Counted from the whole stretch's first letter, positions 11,811-24,366 are shown. The stretch: 56,369 nucleotides of DNA, filler included, from Sphacelaria rigidula (GCA_964200075.2; 7 parts of 7 records of this genome joined end to end with filler, not necessarily neighbours in it); one strand, 5' to 3'. A program made the numbers and translations. Notes: generated from the letters alone by a model not told the origin.

Positions 11811-12088
11811 GTGTGGTGAACACACAGCTCATGCATCCCTGTTTTTTGTCTTGGTGTGAAAAGACAGATGCCGATGTATTTGGTTCTTGGCTGGACCTAT
11901 AGTCGTTGGAACAAGTGACGGAGTTCCGGGATATTACGGCGGCTTTGCGGTTGCTGATGAAATCCATTTGTTTATAGGATACACGTGTTGAATGCGCCGT
12001 AAGCGGAAGAGTTCTTTTTTGGTGGATAGCTCTGTTCACGGAGTGTGGTCCTTGAATCTTACCATTTGACACCCAGTTAATGGGGGGG

Positions 12089-12419
12089 TGTTCGTAGGAT
12101 GGCCTGGGGTAGTCGGTAAGATACACCTGTCAGAATAAGGTACAATAGTCTAGTGACATACTCCGGAATACCTGTTCGAGTTCCGGGTACTACGCGGGAT
12201 GACTTTGTATGGTGATGTTAGTGACTGGACATACGTGGGTGGTGCTTGTCGCATCTTGAGACCTTCACCCCTACTGGGGTCACTCTCCCTTCTTCCCTCT
12301 TCATGAACAAAGCTTTATATACATTTCTACCTCATCTTGATCGGCAGTCAACCGTGTCCATTGATCGACTATCTGAGTCGAGTCTGCACCCCATCCTCTT
12401 ACGGGGTCACGAAGCTACA
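12089..12419 (+). repeat. 3' LTR (331 bp)
   Basis: Direct repeat of 8505-8861. Confidence 0.92.
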
Positions 12420-13325
12420 AGCACAGTTATGGGTGCGACTGGGGCCCGATCTTGGGTACTATATTTCGGGAAAATGGATCACGAACGCTATATGCGTAAG
12501 AACTGGACCGTAATCAGACGAGTCATATCAATCGAAAATACATGCGTCACCTAGAAACAACGACCTGGCTCATATGGAATGTACTATAAACATGGTACAT
12601 ATCTTCAAGCCTGTGCGTGCTCGGTGTTGAGATGATTTTGTTCCTCCCCATAACTCGCTCCAGATCAGTGGGTGCAAACTCTTGGTGCACTAGTGTACTA
12701 CTCGGGAAGCGCACGCGCCCGAGCTGCCACCCCACGTTCACCACCATTGCGAAGGTAACAAGACAAGAAGACGAACAGCGGTAGTTGTGGCCGCCACACA
12801 CCAACGCATCTGCAGTGAAAGGCGTGCCTGACATCGTGCCAGAACGAGAGAGTACGGAAATTGGGATACCATGAGCAGCAGCGTCGCGCATCCCTTGGGT
12901 TCTCTCTCGAAAACGTCTGTCACAAGACGGCCGTGTTTCATCGGTGAACTCGTCCCCTACAAGCCAAGGGGTGAAAGGGCATGCGCTCATGAAAAGTGAG
13001 GTTGTCCCTTGTACACATCCCCACACAACAGAGCAGCACATGGCGGACCGCCACCAAAGCAAATGTCGTGACATTGGTGCCAAAAAATAGCATCTGGTCG
13101 AAGATGCAAGTTGGTGTAAATCGCATGGTTTACATATTATTTTCAGTATGTACAGGCAGTCAGTTGAAATATGGTGGCTCTGCTGACCTATTCATATATA
13201 TTCAGTGTGTAGTCTAAAACAAGAATCGCTCTTGGCGCCCTGGTTTCTCCGCTGGAACCCTCAGATCCAACAACCGAAGTTCATGTGTTACGTCGCCCTC
13301 TGGGACTCAATACATGAAGAGTACT

Positions 13326-13800
13326 CGCTGTTGGAAGGCTAATTTGCCCATTGTGCACAGCCGTACAGAACGAAGCAGCACCTGGCGGCACGCCACAAAG
13401 TGAAACACCGTCACACACTGCTCGCTGCGAGAAAAAAATATTCAGCCCAAAACGAAGCTGTCGACCGTCGCATAGTTTGCATCTCACTCTTATATTAGTA
13501 TATATATACAGACAAATACGAAGTACATGATCACAACAGTCGCTAGCAGATGTAAGGCAGTGCAAGTACTGCAATCGCTCCAGACGTCTCGACTTCTGCA
13601 CTGGAGCTCTGACACGAAGCAGCCGCTAGCTTTGTCTTTCTTCTGTGAACTCCCCCTCTGAAATTCGACACTTGAAGGGATAATCGCTGTTGAAAGGCGA
13701 AATTGCCTGTTGTGCGCAGCCGCACAGAACTAAGCAGCAGCGCCTGCCGACACGCAACCAATCTGCATGTCGTGACACCTTGCGGCGAGAAAAAACAACA
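13326..13800. repeat. Diverged ~115-bp direct repeat pair (13326-13440 and 13685-13800)
   Basis: Both begin CGCTGTTGRAAGGC and end GCGAGAAAAAA. Confidence 0.75.
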
Positions 13801-14860
13801 TGCGCATCGATTTTTTTTATTTTGCGATGTTGGACCTCTATTATAATAGCGCTAGACACTAATCCTCAACCCAAGAGTGCCGATCGCGCAACGCGTAGAA
13901 CTCGGTGACGAAGCAGAGGATTGGACTGCCGTTTCTTGCGTGCGCTCCCCACACACCCAAGCTAGGTCAACCTAATTCACTTTTTCGTTTTAGCATGATA
14001 CCAAGCCGCAACAAACCCAAACGTACAAAAATGAGGTGTTTTGCGCTCTGGGAGGGGGTTTTCTCGCTGCTGGCGCGACGCCAGGAAAATGTGAAATGGA
14101 TTCTCCTAGATCTTGTGTGTATGCGGGGGTGTGTGAAGTGTCGAGAACCGCGCTATCTCCCGTGCTAGAGCTGTCCCATGGTAAATCAAGTATATAAGTG
14201 ATGAAGCGTGCGTTCTGCTCGAGAGGGCCTCGGCACAGGTGCGAACACCTACTGACGTGTTCAGTATTCCTCCACACTTATGTTTTTTTTAGTTTGCCGC
14301 TGCTTTTGGTCGTTAGGCCCTCCAGTCCCACCCATAACAGTATGGGGTACGTCAAGGGTCTGTCGGGACAAGATTTTCGTACACGGACTCCTCCCCCATT
14401 TCCCCCCTCCCCCTCCCAGACTGCATTCCTTCAAAAGTTGACATTATCTTTTTCTTTTGGGGAGGGATTATTGAAGAAATTCATCAAGAAACACTAACAA
14501 AAACCGAGGAGTATGGTCGGCTCTGCGATATTCGTATATTTTCTTCTGCTTCTTGCCCGCTCTACTGTCCCGATGACCTCGGGATGCTGGCCACCCTCAC
14601 ACACATGTATGCACACGAGCGCACGATAGTTACAGCCTGCAGCCAAAGTAGCAACTTTATCTCACGCCTCGCGAAACTTGCCCGGAGTACTGGTAGATAG
14701 TTGAGGCCTACGACGCGGAACATGATCCCATGAACGGTGTCATGGTAAGTGATGAGCTTGCGGGGCGGCGTGTCCACCATTTTCATCGATCTCCATGCCG
14801 AGGATCTCTGTAGACGTGAGCTGACCGCACTGGTTGTCTCCCTCCCCCCCCCCCCCTCCC

Positions 14861-14956
14861 AGGAGTAGGAACGGTGCTCCGTCTCGAAAGGGATGCGTGG
14901 TCAATGGTCAAACGACTAAGGCAAGCAACAAATGAGTACGCCCCCCCCCCCCTCCC
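14861..14956 (+). mobile_element. 5'-truncated copy of the C-tail LINE family A
   Basis: Matches the LINE 3' UTR at 3790-3880 (reverse complement); flanked on both sides by C-run+TCCC. Confidence 0.85.
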
Positions 14957-15018
14957 TTCAAAAGCAATGGTCTCATGACTATGGCATGCATGATCATGAG
15001 AACCCCCCCCTCCTCCCC

Positions 15019-15188
15019 TTAACCCTTTTGGGACCGGGCACCTAGAACCATGTTGTTTGCACGCAGGGGTCTTTTTGTGAATATCGGCACTATTTTCAGT
15101 CGTGTCCAAGTGAAAATGATGCCGATTTACGGAAGCTCGCCTGCGTGCAAACCACATGCTTCTGGGAGTACGGTCCCAAAGGGGTTAA
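15019..15188. mobile_element. piggyBac-type MITE (162 bp plus TTAA TSDs)
   Basis: TTAA-CCCTTTTGGGACCG ... CGGTCCCAAAGGGG-TTAA; nearly palindromic throughout. Confidence 0.88.
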
Positions 15189-15509
15189 AAGCTCGATTTT
15201 TTTATCTTGGGGTCTACGTGTCCAGAAATATTTTCTTGACAGACCCTTGGGTATGTTGACAAATAATCTATATATCTAAATTCATCGCCCTTCAAGTACA
15301 GCGACAGAAGAGGGTAGGATAGTACAGTACCGTCTGCTATGATAAATTGCTCTGTGTCCAGGGCGCTCCCAATTTCAATTTATTTCGGTGTTCTTGACGT
15401 TGCCGTCTCGGATTTTGGCGGTGAAACCGGAGTGGTCTCGGCTGGGTCCTTCTGCTCTAAAGTGGAAAGGTCTGCCCGTAACTAATTGTGTAATTTACAC
15501 GTGGTATCC

Positions 15510-15772
15510 ATCTTTCACGGTTCAGATGAATCATCGCCGATTCGCATCACCAATTTCACGATATTTAGACCTGATTGCTCGAAAGAGAGAAAAAAGTCTA
15601 CCGCTGGTCAAGCAGGTCTTCACGCAACTTTTGTGCCATTCCACGTGCCTGGGCTACGCGTACCTGGGTTGCAACGCTGAAAACGAAGCCTAAGGATTGA
15701 TTCATACGGTACGAATCAATTACACTAAAAATCGAATAATTTCCGGACGAATCATTGATTCGTCCAACCCTT
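15510..15772. repeat. Dispersed repeat, inverted homologue of 380-650
   Basis: Reverse-complement alignment by eye. Confidence 0.8.
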
Positions 15773-15994
15773 AATATCTTCGTACGGTAGGTAGTGGAGG
15801 AACTGGTGGACTCGTTTCAGTACCGAAACGCCCAGGTATTCATCATAATGTAAATGCTTCGTCTCGTGTCTCGTTCGAGTCACGTGTTTCATACTGCCTG
15901 TACTGCAGAATGGTTGCGTCCTTGCATTCCTTGACAAAAACTACGCTTCCCGCGCCTCGTACACAGTTCATGATAACCAGAGCATGTCGGTGGC

Positions 15995-15996
<2 letters not shown>

Positions 15997-16034
<38 letters not shown>
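15997..16034. repeat. (TAT)n microsatellite
   Basis: Direct reading. Confidence 0.95.
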
Positions 16035-16134
16035 NNNNNNNNNNNNNNNNNNNNNNNNNNNNNNNNNNNNNNNNNNNNTTAATTAATTAANNNNNNNNNN
16101 NNNNNNNNNNNNNNNNNNNNNNNNNNNNNNNNNN
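16035..16134. other. Artificial 100-bp linker
   Basis: Identical N/TTAATTAATTAA/N structure. Confidence 0.98.
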
Positions 16135-16980
16135 CGTTGTATTTTCCTACTATTTATTGCCCCCCCAGCCCCCGCTCCCCCCCTTCTCCCCCGCCACGTA
16201 CTCGAGTTTCCTTCAACGATTTTCCTACTTGTTCCTTCTCCGTCGCCCGTCATTCTTTGATTCAACCCCCTCTTCCCCTTCCTCGGGACAAGTCTGTGGT
16301 GTGAAGAATTACCGCACCTCTTCTTTGGTAATTGTACACCCTCTCACATGTTGGTGTCGCGGATCGGATTAGCACTACCTCACCGCGCCGAATAAACTAT
16401 CGTCAAAAAACGAAAATAAAATAAAATAAGTCACATGATCACTTTTTTTAATGACGGAAACCAGATGCTCCTTGGATGACAAATAAAAAGCATCTGCTTT
16501 TGTTTTCTTCACTTTATCAACAAATTGCATGTATACATATATATATATATTATATTCAATTTCTCAATATTCCGTATTACAGGAACATGATTCTGTTGTA
16601 ACAGTCAGACGACCGGGGCGTGGCGACTTATCAAGCATTTCTCGTCTCCAGCATCTTGGAGGCATCCATGTCGTAACCACAGTCGGGTTGACGCCGCATC
16701 AGTTCGTGCAAGACATCGAGTCAAATCAACCAATGTGAATCAGTCAAATCGAACAGCACAGTACCTTGCTGATTCCGATGCCCTCCATCGTTGGAGTAAC
16801 CACTCCCGCGATGACGTCCAGAGCATAACCTCGTCGACCACCAGTCTCGTCGTGGCTAGCCTTTCGTCGCCTGTCATGCTCCTCCTGCTGCTCTTGTGCA
16901 CGCCTCATGTCATCTTCCAGTTGAGCGTTCCGTGCTAAGCAACTGTTATTATCCGCGTAAGAGTACAAAGCAAGACGAAA

Positions 16981-16990
16981 CAGCAGCAGC

Positions 16991-17026
<36 letters not shown>

Positions 17027-17180
17027 AGCAGCAGCAGCAGCAGCAACACCAGCACCAGCACCAGCAGACAACACAAGACATCAGAAGACTACAATAGAAA
17101 ACAATAGACAACAACAGAAAACAATAAACAACAGAAAACAACAGAAAACAATAGACAATAGACAACAACAGACAACGACT
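16981..17180. repeat. Compound CAG/CAA/CCAGCA microsatellite and A/C-rich low-complexity tract
   Basis: Direct reading. Confidence 0.92.
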
Positions 17181-17281
17181 AACGTGAGTGGGAAGAACGT
17201 CAAACAACAGAGCTGGAGCATGACTTACGAAGGGAACAAAAAAAGTCAAAATAGTAACCGTTGTAAAAATTTCACATTCAT

Positions 17282-17349
17282 CAATGTGACCACGGCTGGA
17301 TCCCTGGGGGGTCAGCTAAGGTGCGACAACCAATCAATCAACCAATCAA
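17282..17349 (+). mobile_element. 3' tail fragment of the RTE-type LINE family, (CAAT)n end
   Basis: ACCACGGCTGGATCCCTGGGGGGTCAGCTAAGGTGCGACAACCAATCAATC matches 55305-55361; another copy at 37788-37829. Confidence 0.75.
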
Positions 17350-17684
17350 AGGATACTCGTGTGTGTGTGTGCGTGTGTGTGTGTGTGTGCGTGTGTTCAT
17401 CGGCTGGATCGATCAACATACTCCTGTTTTGGACACCATCATCACAACATGTAACACATAGATTGCTTATCTATTCGTACCCTCGAATGTCAGCATACAT
17501 ACATGGAATAAAAAAAGAGGTGAAGAAGTAAATAACCGACGAAAAAAAACAAGAACGATCCGCGTGTTAGCTCGCAATACAACGCAATACTGCTGCGCGA
17601 GCAAGATGTCGTCAGTCAAACGTTTTGTGCTGCTGTACCCCTCTTCAAGTGCATGTCAGGACGTATATATTTCCAGACCTTCTT

Positions 17685-17932
17685 CACGTGGGACAGCTCA
17701 TGAGCTACCCAAATATTACTCATGGACGGATCATGATCTAGCTCGTTTGTACACTTTTCCCCATGTTTCCTCCCTACAGCGCTGGACGCCGAGCACGAGG
17801 AATAGCGCAGAGGCAGTGCTTAGGCTTCTCTGACCCCGCAGTCACGTATTTTGCGTTCTTGGACAAGGGATATTATTAGTAGGGTCCTCTTGGATTAGTG
17901 ATTATTAGGTAGCTCATGAGTTGTCCCACGTG
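17685..17932. mobile_element. MITE-like element with ~36-bp TIRs (CACGTG termini)
   Basis: CACGTGGGACAGCTCATGAGCTACC ... GGTAGCTCATGAGTTGTCCCACGTG; no clear TSD. Confidence 0.75.
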
Positions 17933-18189
17933 TGAAAAGCTCACCGTTTTGTGGCGTGCTACTGTTCACGGTTCGGACGAATCAGAGCTCATACGGGTTG
18001 ATTCCCCATGCCTCTTGAACGTGAATCATGTACCAAAGAGCCATCCGGTATGAATGACGGACGGTGAAGTTGTACGTTCAAGGTCATACCACACGAATCA
18101 CGAACTAGGAATGTGTACACTCCCAAGTAGTTGCACATAAATCACGAGTGCAAAATATGTACGAATCACAATCTTGAATGAAACAATGG

Positions 18190-18420
18190 TGAGAAACATG
18201 AACGTATGATTCATGCCGCATGAATGTAAATCGGAAATATGTAGGCTTGATTCACCTCTCATGAATGGAAGGTGAGGAACATGTGCCCATGATTCATGAT
18301 GCGTGATTGAAGGGCAAGATAAATGTACGCTTGGTTCACCTCGTATGAATGCAAGGTGGGAAATATGCACCCAAGATACATGCTGCACGACTGCAAGGTG
18401 GGAAACATGCAAATGAATCA
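18190..18420. repeat. ~41-42 bp minisatellite, array 1
   Basis: Units like GGGAAACATGTACGTATGATTCATGCNGYATGAATGGAAGGT; same family at 19905-20190. Confidence 0.85.
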
Positions 18421-18608
18421 AGGGTATAGGTATGCAAGGTTTCGTACTACTGTTGCCGTCCACTGTACAGATGGTACAGAACTGTGCTGTACTGCGCTAT
18501 ACTGTAGTACTATACTCTACTGCCCGCTGACTACAGTGGGAGCTGCCGGAGTGTTTCCGAAACTCGGGCGAACATGCGGCGACGATTCTTGCAGTACTGC
18601 TGCTGTTT

Positions 18609-18884
18609 GAGCAATGCTACGGTTGGGGTTGCAATCTTCATCTCTGGGTCTCATTTTTTAAAAATCAAAATATATGGGGCTTACTGTGCAGCCCAACTCT
18701 CCAGCGACCGGACTCCCAGAAACATGGTGTTTGCACGCAGGGGCCTTCCTGTGAATGAGCATCATTTTCAGTCTTTTTCAAGTAAAAGTGATACCGATTC
18801 TCAAAATGACTCGTCCAACACCCCGAGCAGCCCCGAGAAACGTATTCGCTAAAAAAAAGTGCAATCCCTACCGTAGCATTGCTC
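18609..18884. mobile_element. MITE-like element with ~25-bp TIRs (GAG...CTC termini)
   Basis: GAGCAATGCTACGGTTGGGGTTGCA ... TGCAATCCCTACCGTAGCATTGCTC; possible 4-bp TSD GTTT/GTCT; 18708-18805 inside resembles the 15023 MITE. Confidence 0.75.
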
Positions 18885-19904
18885 GTCTGAAGCTGCCGTC
18901 GTACTGTTTTGCGTATCAAGGCCAACTGAGGCGCACAAAACATGAAACCGCACATAAGCCGCCAATAGCTTAGCTCGGGATAATAAACAGCTACAAGAAT
19001 CTCTCAAGCAGCGCAGAGGCGTGCTGTGCTATGGTGTACCGTAGTGTCTGCGGTCTGCAGTGTACGCTGCCGGAGCTTTCTCGAAACTCCCGGGAACATG
19101 CGGGGATGAATCGTGCTGGTGCTGTCTTTCTCGCAGGTGTTGCTGGTATTGAGTACAGTATATCCAGGTCAACTGTACCACAGAACACAACACGAAACCA
19201 CAAAAAAATGAAACCGCGAAGGTTGTCAACAACATAGCTCGGTAAAATAAATAGCCAGAAGAACCGCTTAGGGCACGCAGACGTGTGTGTTATGCTGTAT
19301 TTGATGTATGTGTTGTGTTACGTGCAAGTACAATATTTGAAATTTGTTTTACTTTTGCAGATTTGGCTCTCAAGGGGTTTGCGACCCCTACGCTCTTATT
19401 TGCCTACGCCACCCGCAAACAGGCGGCATGTCGGTCAGAGTCGTGAGGTGTAGCTGCAAATGAAAACCTTCAGAAAACACTAGGGACGCACGAGCTACGG
19501 CAGCGATTCGAGGTGTTGTAACTCGCTGATAGTCGCGACGACCGTGTCCCGTAACTCACACACCTCGAGCCTACTCCGCATCTCACCACTGTTGCTTAGT
19601 CGTGCTTGCACTTGCCCTTGTATCTCGGCTACTTCCTATACATTGAGACTCTCAACTGACTCGCGCACGGAATCACAGCACATATGTTCCGAAATGGCTT
19701 CAAGATGCTTCAACCGCAATTCAGATCATGGAAAATTGTAATCCGCTGCTGCACAAAAGCTTAATTCCTTTCAAACACAGAATCGAACATTTTTTGCAGA
19801 TTTGGCTCCCAAGCGGTTTGCGACCCCTACGCTTTTATGCCCACGCCACCAAAGAGTCGCGCCCCATGAAATGACAGGAGGAAAACAACACGTTTTCGTG
19901 AGTG

Positions 19905-20190
19905 ATTAATGTCATATGAACAGAAGGTGGGGAATATGTACGTATGATTCATGCTGTATGAACGGAAATTGGGAACCATGTACGCTTGATTCACCGCGTA
20001 TGAAGGAAAGGCGGGGAACATTTATCTATGATTTATGGCGTATGAATGGAAGGCGGGGGAACGTGTGTGTATATGATTCAAGCTGCATGAATGGAATTAA
20101 AGAAACTTGTACCTATGATTCATACTATACGAATGTAAGATGGGAAACATGTACCAATTATTCATACCATACGAATCGAAGGTAGGCAAC
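19905..20190. repeat. ~41-42 bp minisatellite, array 2
   Basis: About seven units with ATGATTCA...ATGAA cores. Confidence 0.85.
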
Positions 20191-20569
20191 GTGCGTATCG
20201 TCAGTGTACTGCACGAAATCACGAACTTTGAATGTGTTCACTCCAAGTAGTGTCGCACGAATCACGAACCCAAAACATGTACAAATCACAACTTGTACAT
20301 GAATCGTACGATTGATTTATACAACTGTTGAAGTTGAGTCCAATCACGATATTATTGGTCCGAATCGTGCTGCTGTAAAAGCAAAAACTAATGAAAAGCT
20401 GCATTTATCAACAGGAGCATGTACACCGGTTCATGGCCGATGCAATGCATCAAAATAAATATACGTACAACAAGGGCGCATGGACGAAGTGAAATCAACA
20501 GTACTATTTTCTCGTGCTGGTGAATATATGCAAGGGGTATGTTCGGTAGGGCATGAGATTATTTTACAT

Positions 20570-20845
20570 ACTCACAGAATTGGCGTGTACGCACTAGTAT
20601 GGAAGTACAGAACTTGAAGAATTTGTCGGGTACGGGGCTTGTATGGAGGTAACAAAAACTCTTCCGCGCAACCGGTTATATTCTCCAAGGATATACCCGT
20701 ACTCAGGGTGAGAGTAAACATTTCGTACAGATCTTACAGAACTGTCGGACACCGGTATGAGAGCCTCACAAAACTCATAGAATTGTCGGGTACGGATAAT
20801 CCTCGGGTAAATCCCCGGGAAATGCAAAATATCGTACCCTACACA
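20570..20845 (+). repeat. Short-period ACAGAA..TCGGGTA repeat element
   Basis: Same motif family as 44150-45530. Confidence 0.7.
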
Positions 20846-22447
20846 ACATGACCATGAAATCATTGCTCCTACGATTCTTGTTTTGCCCGCGCCCAACAGC
20901 GGGTGTGGCGAACAGATACCGCGCGATTAAACAAAACACGACGTCACCCCTAATTATTTCGTTGCTAACGCCTATAAGTTTTCTCCCTAGGCAAACATTT
21001 CCAAAAAATCAAGTGATTTTAAAATTGAAAGTATAGCAAAAAATGTTTTGCTTTTTTACTTTCACGGCAGAAACACGAGTTCGTTACGCTGGCGACGGAG
21101 AAAAACAAGACAGGACAAATATGCAAAACATTGCAATAACTCCTCCGATACAGGACACACCTCGCAGCCTTCGTCACGAGGTCTTCGAACAATACTTGGA
21201 ACTGGTCGGCCACCCAGGCTGAAGAACCCTCCCAGCCCGCCGCTAGCGAGGTGTCGTGTACGTCATCCCCCAAATGCCCCTTGGTCGTCTTCAATAAATC
21301 CCTGTTTGGACATGATTTATTATTGAAACCAAGTGAGGACGCTATTCTTTCAAGCTATATAGGATAGGTAGGAGAACCTTATGCTCAGGTCGATAGTGCA
21401 GAGGAGAGTGAGGCATTCCTTAGCGACCATCGTCACTTCTTCGACGATTTTTTCGTCAGATCACCCAGATTCACCAGACAGCCAGCGAGTTTCTTGTTGT
21501 GGGAGATGATCCTCGTGGATGCCGTCCACGGGACCGGCAGTATGGAATCTCAAGAATCTCGAGAACGTGCCCTCCGTACAACCAATATTGATCTACCCTT
21601 TAACTCAAATGTCCATCCGCGGGTGGTGAAGAGAACACAAATGGAAGAAAGGACCAAAAAAAAAAAACAGGCGGCAGAAGGACCTCCTATCGCTTCTTCG
21701 TTATTTTGAATCAAACAGGCCGCTTGACCAAGACTAAAAAGGTAGCAAGCAGAAAAATCTCGATATGTGAATGACCGACGGATGAAATGACTCTCATAAG
21801 TTAGCTCTTTATGATGTTGCACGAACCGCGCGTTAACTCTATGCTTTCTGAGCTTTTTGAACTCATTTCACGATTTAGTGTATCGCCTAAAAACGGATGA
21901 GACACACCATTCACCCCACAGGCGGGGTCTACAGTATATTAAAGAAAAAAAGCAGCCGAGCAAGAGCAAGACCCCCTCTCGCCTGACAAAAGTCGTTTCC
22001 TGCTCTCCCAACTCGAAAGCAGCCCTGGCCCTGTCCGTCTTGTAGGACACCACCTGCCACGTGTCAACATTCACGAGAACGTCCAGCTTGGCCGCCGGAA
22101 GCACTTGCACCATGGAGTTCGTGGTCGCTGCGGGGAAAAAATAGAAGCGACGGCAACATTAACCGCGTAGGCCCGACACCAGCCCAAAAAGTATCCCGAC
22201 TCTATCGCCGTTAATATGTGGAAGACAATAATATCTGTTTTGATGAAACAAATACATGACATAGTCGAGACTTGGGGACCATGAAATACGCGGTACATTT
22301 GTCATTCGTCATTGTTTTCAGTGAGGGGCGAGAGGGAGAGGAGGTGCTTCCAAACAAAGAGAAGCTGCTCAGCAACAGCGTCGGGGTTTACTGCATCGAG
22401 GGTCAACATGATTTATTGTTCTGAAATGCTACCTCGCGCTGGGACGC

Positions 22448-22624
22448 TTAACCCTTCGACCGGCCAGGGTAGGTAGGCCATCTGTTGAATCGGCATGACT
22501 CTCACGTGAAATTATCATGCATGGCCCTGATTCATATCCTGGCGGCCAAGGGTCAAGAAATTTATTTTTCAAGTGAAAGTGGTGCCGGTTTAACCGATGA
22601 CCCACCCTGGCGATTAAGGCGTTA
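22448..22624. mobile_element. Degenerate TTAA/piggyBac-type MITE
   Basis: TTAACCCTTCGACCGGCCAGGGTAGG ... CCCACCCTGGCGATTAAGGCGTTAG with the GAATCGGCAT core. Confidence 0.65.
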
Positions 22625-22775
22625 GATGAAAAGTGGATCGTCACATGGAGGGTGTTGATGGGAGAGGCGGGGAGGGGAGAGGTCGAAATTCAGAGACAAG
22701 TGGCCAAAACATGAAAAGTGGAACACGATTGAACTATCATTGCGGTTTGGTCAGGAGTCGAACAATCTTAGATTA

Positions 22776-22995
22776 CTGGAAAATGACAACCGAGGCTCCT
22801 GGATGATGATTACCGAAATTCCTGGAAAATGACAACGGAGATTCCTCGATGACGGCTACCAGGATTCCTGGAAAATGACAAACGAGATTCCTGGATAATG
22901 ACAACCGAGGTTCCTTGATGATGGCTACCAGGATTCCTGGAAAATAACAACCGAGTAACTGGAGAATGATGACCGAGATTCCTGGATAATGATTA
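22776..22995. repeat. ~20-22 bp minisatellite (ATTCCTGGAAAATGACAACCGAG-like)
   Basis: About ten degenerate units. Confidence 0.88.
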
Positions 22996-24101
22996 TGACA
23001 ACAACAAAAATTGTCACCACAAAACGAGGGGTGACAGAAAGACGTTTGACTTTGATGACATGCGATTTTGTGGCTACCCCAAGGGCAGGCGTCAGGATTT
23101 CATCGAAATAGGAAAGACGGTCTTGGTTTGGACATCAGTCCGCAATATCCCCTGTCGGGAACACCCAACAACCTACGCCAAGTAGCGGTTCCACACAGTT
23201 CCACAGCAAGGAAAAAAACGGAAACGCGAACAAAGTGATGGAGGGGACATCCACGAAAAGATAGCACAAAATAACTTGCCTGCAAAAAATCCTCTCTTGG
23301 ACAGCACCTCCGACGCCCCCGCAATAACCATCAGAGGCTCCAACGGCACATCCTAAGGGGCCATGATCCATAGCGTCGTGGAATATAACACACACATAAA
23401 ACAAATGTGTGGAACAAAACACAATAGAAAAAAATGTCGATAACATGGTGCGCGGGCCAAAATAGGTCCAAAAAGGCCCAAGAGGGGAACTGCACAGTTC
23501 GACACACCGAACAACAAAAGTGGTGCGTTGATGGATCTCGAATCGGCGCCGGACAAAAACGCGCTCTGCGCACACTACGAGCACTCGGGACAGTCAGTCT
23601 CCCCCTCTCCCCGCCCGCCCTAAAGATCCGAAAAAAAATGGTGTCCACACTCAACTCAGGTAACAGCATTCCGGGAAAGTTATTTAGAGAGTAATTCGAG
23701 AAGGTGAAAGTTGTACACTTGACTGTGTTGCCTACGTTAGTTCGGTGCAGCCAGCCCATCCAGGCGGGGGCGGGGAGATTTTGGAATATTCTTCGGAAAA
23801 AAAAAAGACAATAGGCTTGGTCGTTGTGTGTGCGTTTGTGTGTGTGTGTGTGTGCGTGAACGGCAAACAAGCGGATGAAGTTCTGATTCCGGAGCTGCGC
23901 ATGGTTGCGGCATGGTGCTGGGAGGTGACGACCCGCTCGGACTCGAGACGGTACGAGGGTAGTGGAGGATAACCTCGTCAGGGTATGCGGAAGGTTCAGA
24001 TGCAGTAATATTCAACAAATAGTCACTAGTCCTCCGTTCCCCGTCCTCCGACGAAGGCCATGACCGGTCTTGTCGGTACGGCGTGGGGAGGGTCTTCTCG
24101 G

Positions 24102-24201
24102 NNNNNNNNNNNNNNNNNNNNNNNNNNNNNNNNNNNNNNNNNNNNTTAATTAATTAANNNNNNNNNNNNNNNNNNNNNNNNNNNNNNNNNNNNNNNNNNN
24201 N
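24102..24201. other. Artificial 100-bp linker
   Basis: Identical N/TTAATTAATTAA/N structure. Confidence 0.98.
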
Positions 24202-24289
24202 GGTGGGGGGCGGGGTGGGGGCGCATCTTTGTGTCATGTTAGTGGGGCGCGAACAAAGTGGACCGCCCCCCCCCCCCCCCCTATCGTAG

Positions 24290-24366
24290 TGCTCCGTCTC
24301 GAAAGGGATGCGTGATCAATGGTCAAACGACTAAGGCAAGTAACACATGAGTACGCCCCCCCCCCC
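24290..24366 (+). mobile_element. 5'-truncated C-tail LINE family A insertion with clear TSD
   Basis: C(n)TATCGTAG on both sides (ending 24289 and 24374) of TGCTCCGTCTCGAAAGG...ATGAGTACG. Confidence 0.88.

Larger units (their letters stand above)
8505..12419 (+). mobile_element. LTR retrotransposon with Copia-type gag, non-autonomous, carrying a nested Gypsy fragment
   Basis: Two similar LTRs TGTTCGTAGG...GAAGCTACA; purine tract AATGGGGGGG before the 3' LTR; possible 4-bp TSD AGTA/AGCA; no canonical TGG PBS seen. Confidence 0.88.

Noticed and set aside
380-15772. A 15-kb element with 270-bp TIRs
   Set aside because: The copies lie in different segments and are too diverged; dispersed repeat
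16744-17531. ORFs with poly-L, poly-C or poly-T/A tracts (also 25464, 32217, 39718)
   Set aside because: Produced by microsatellites and homopolymer runs that lack stop codons
18190-20190. CRISPR-like periodicity of 41-42 bp units
   Set aside because: Whole units are degenerate copies with no unique spacers, no cas genes, and a eukaryotic context
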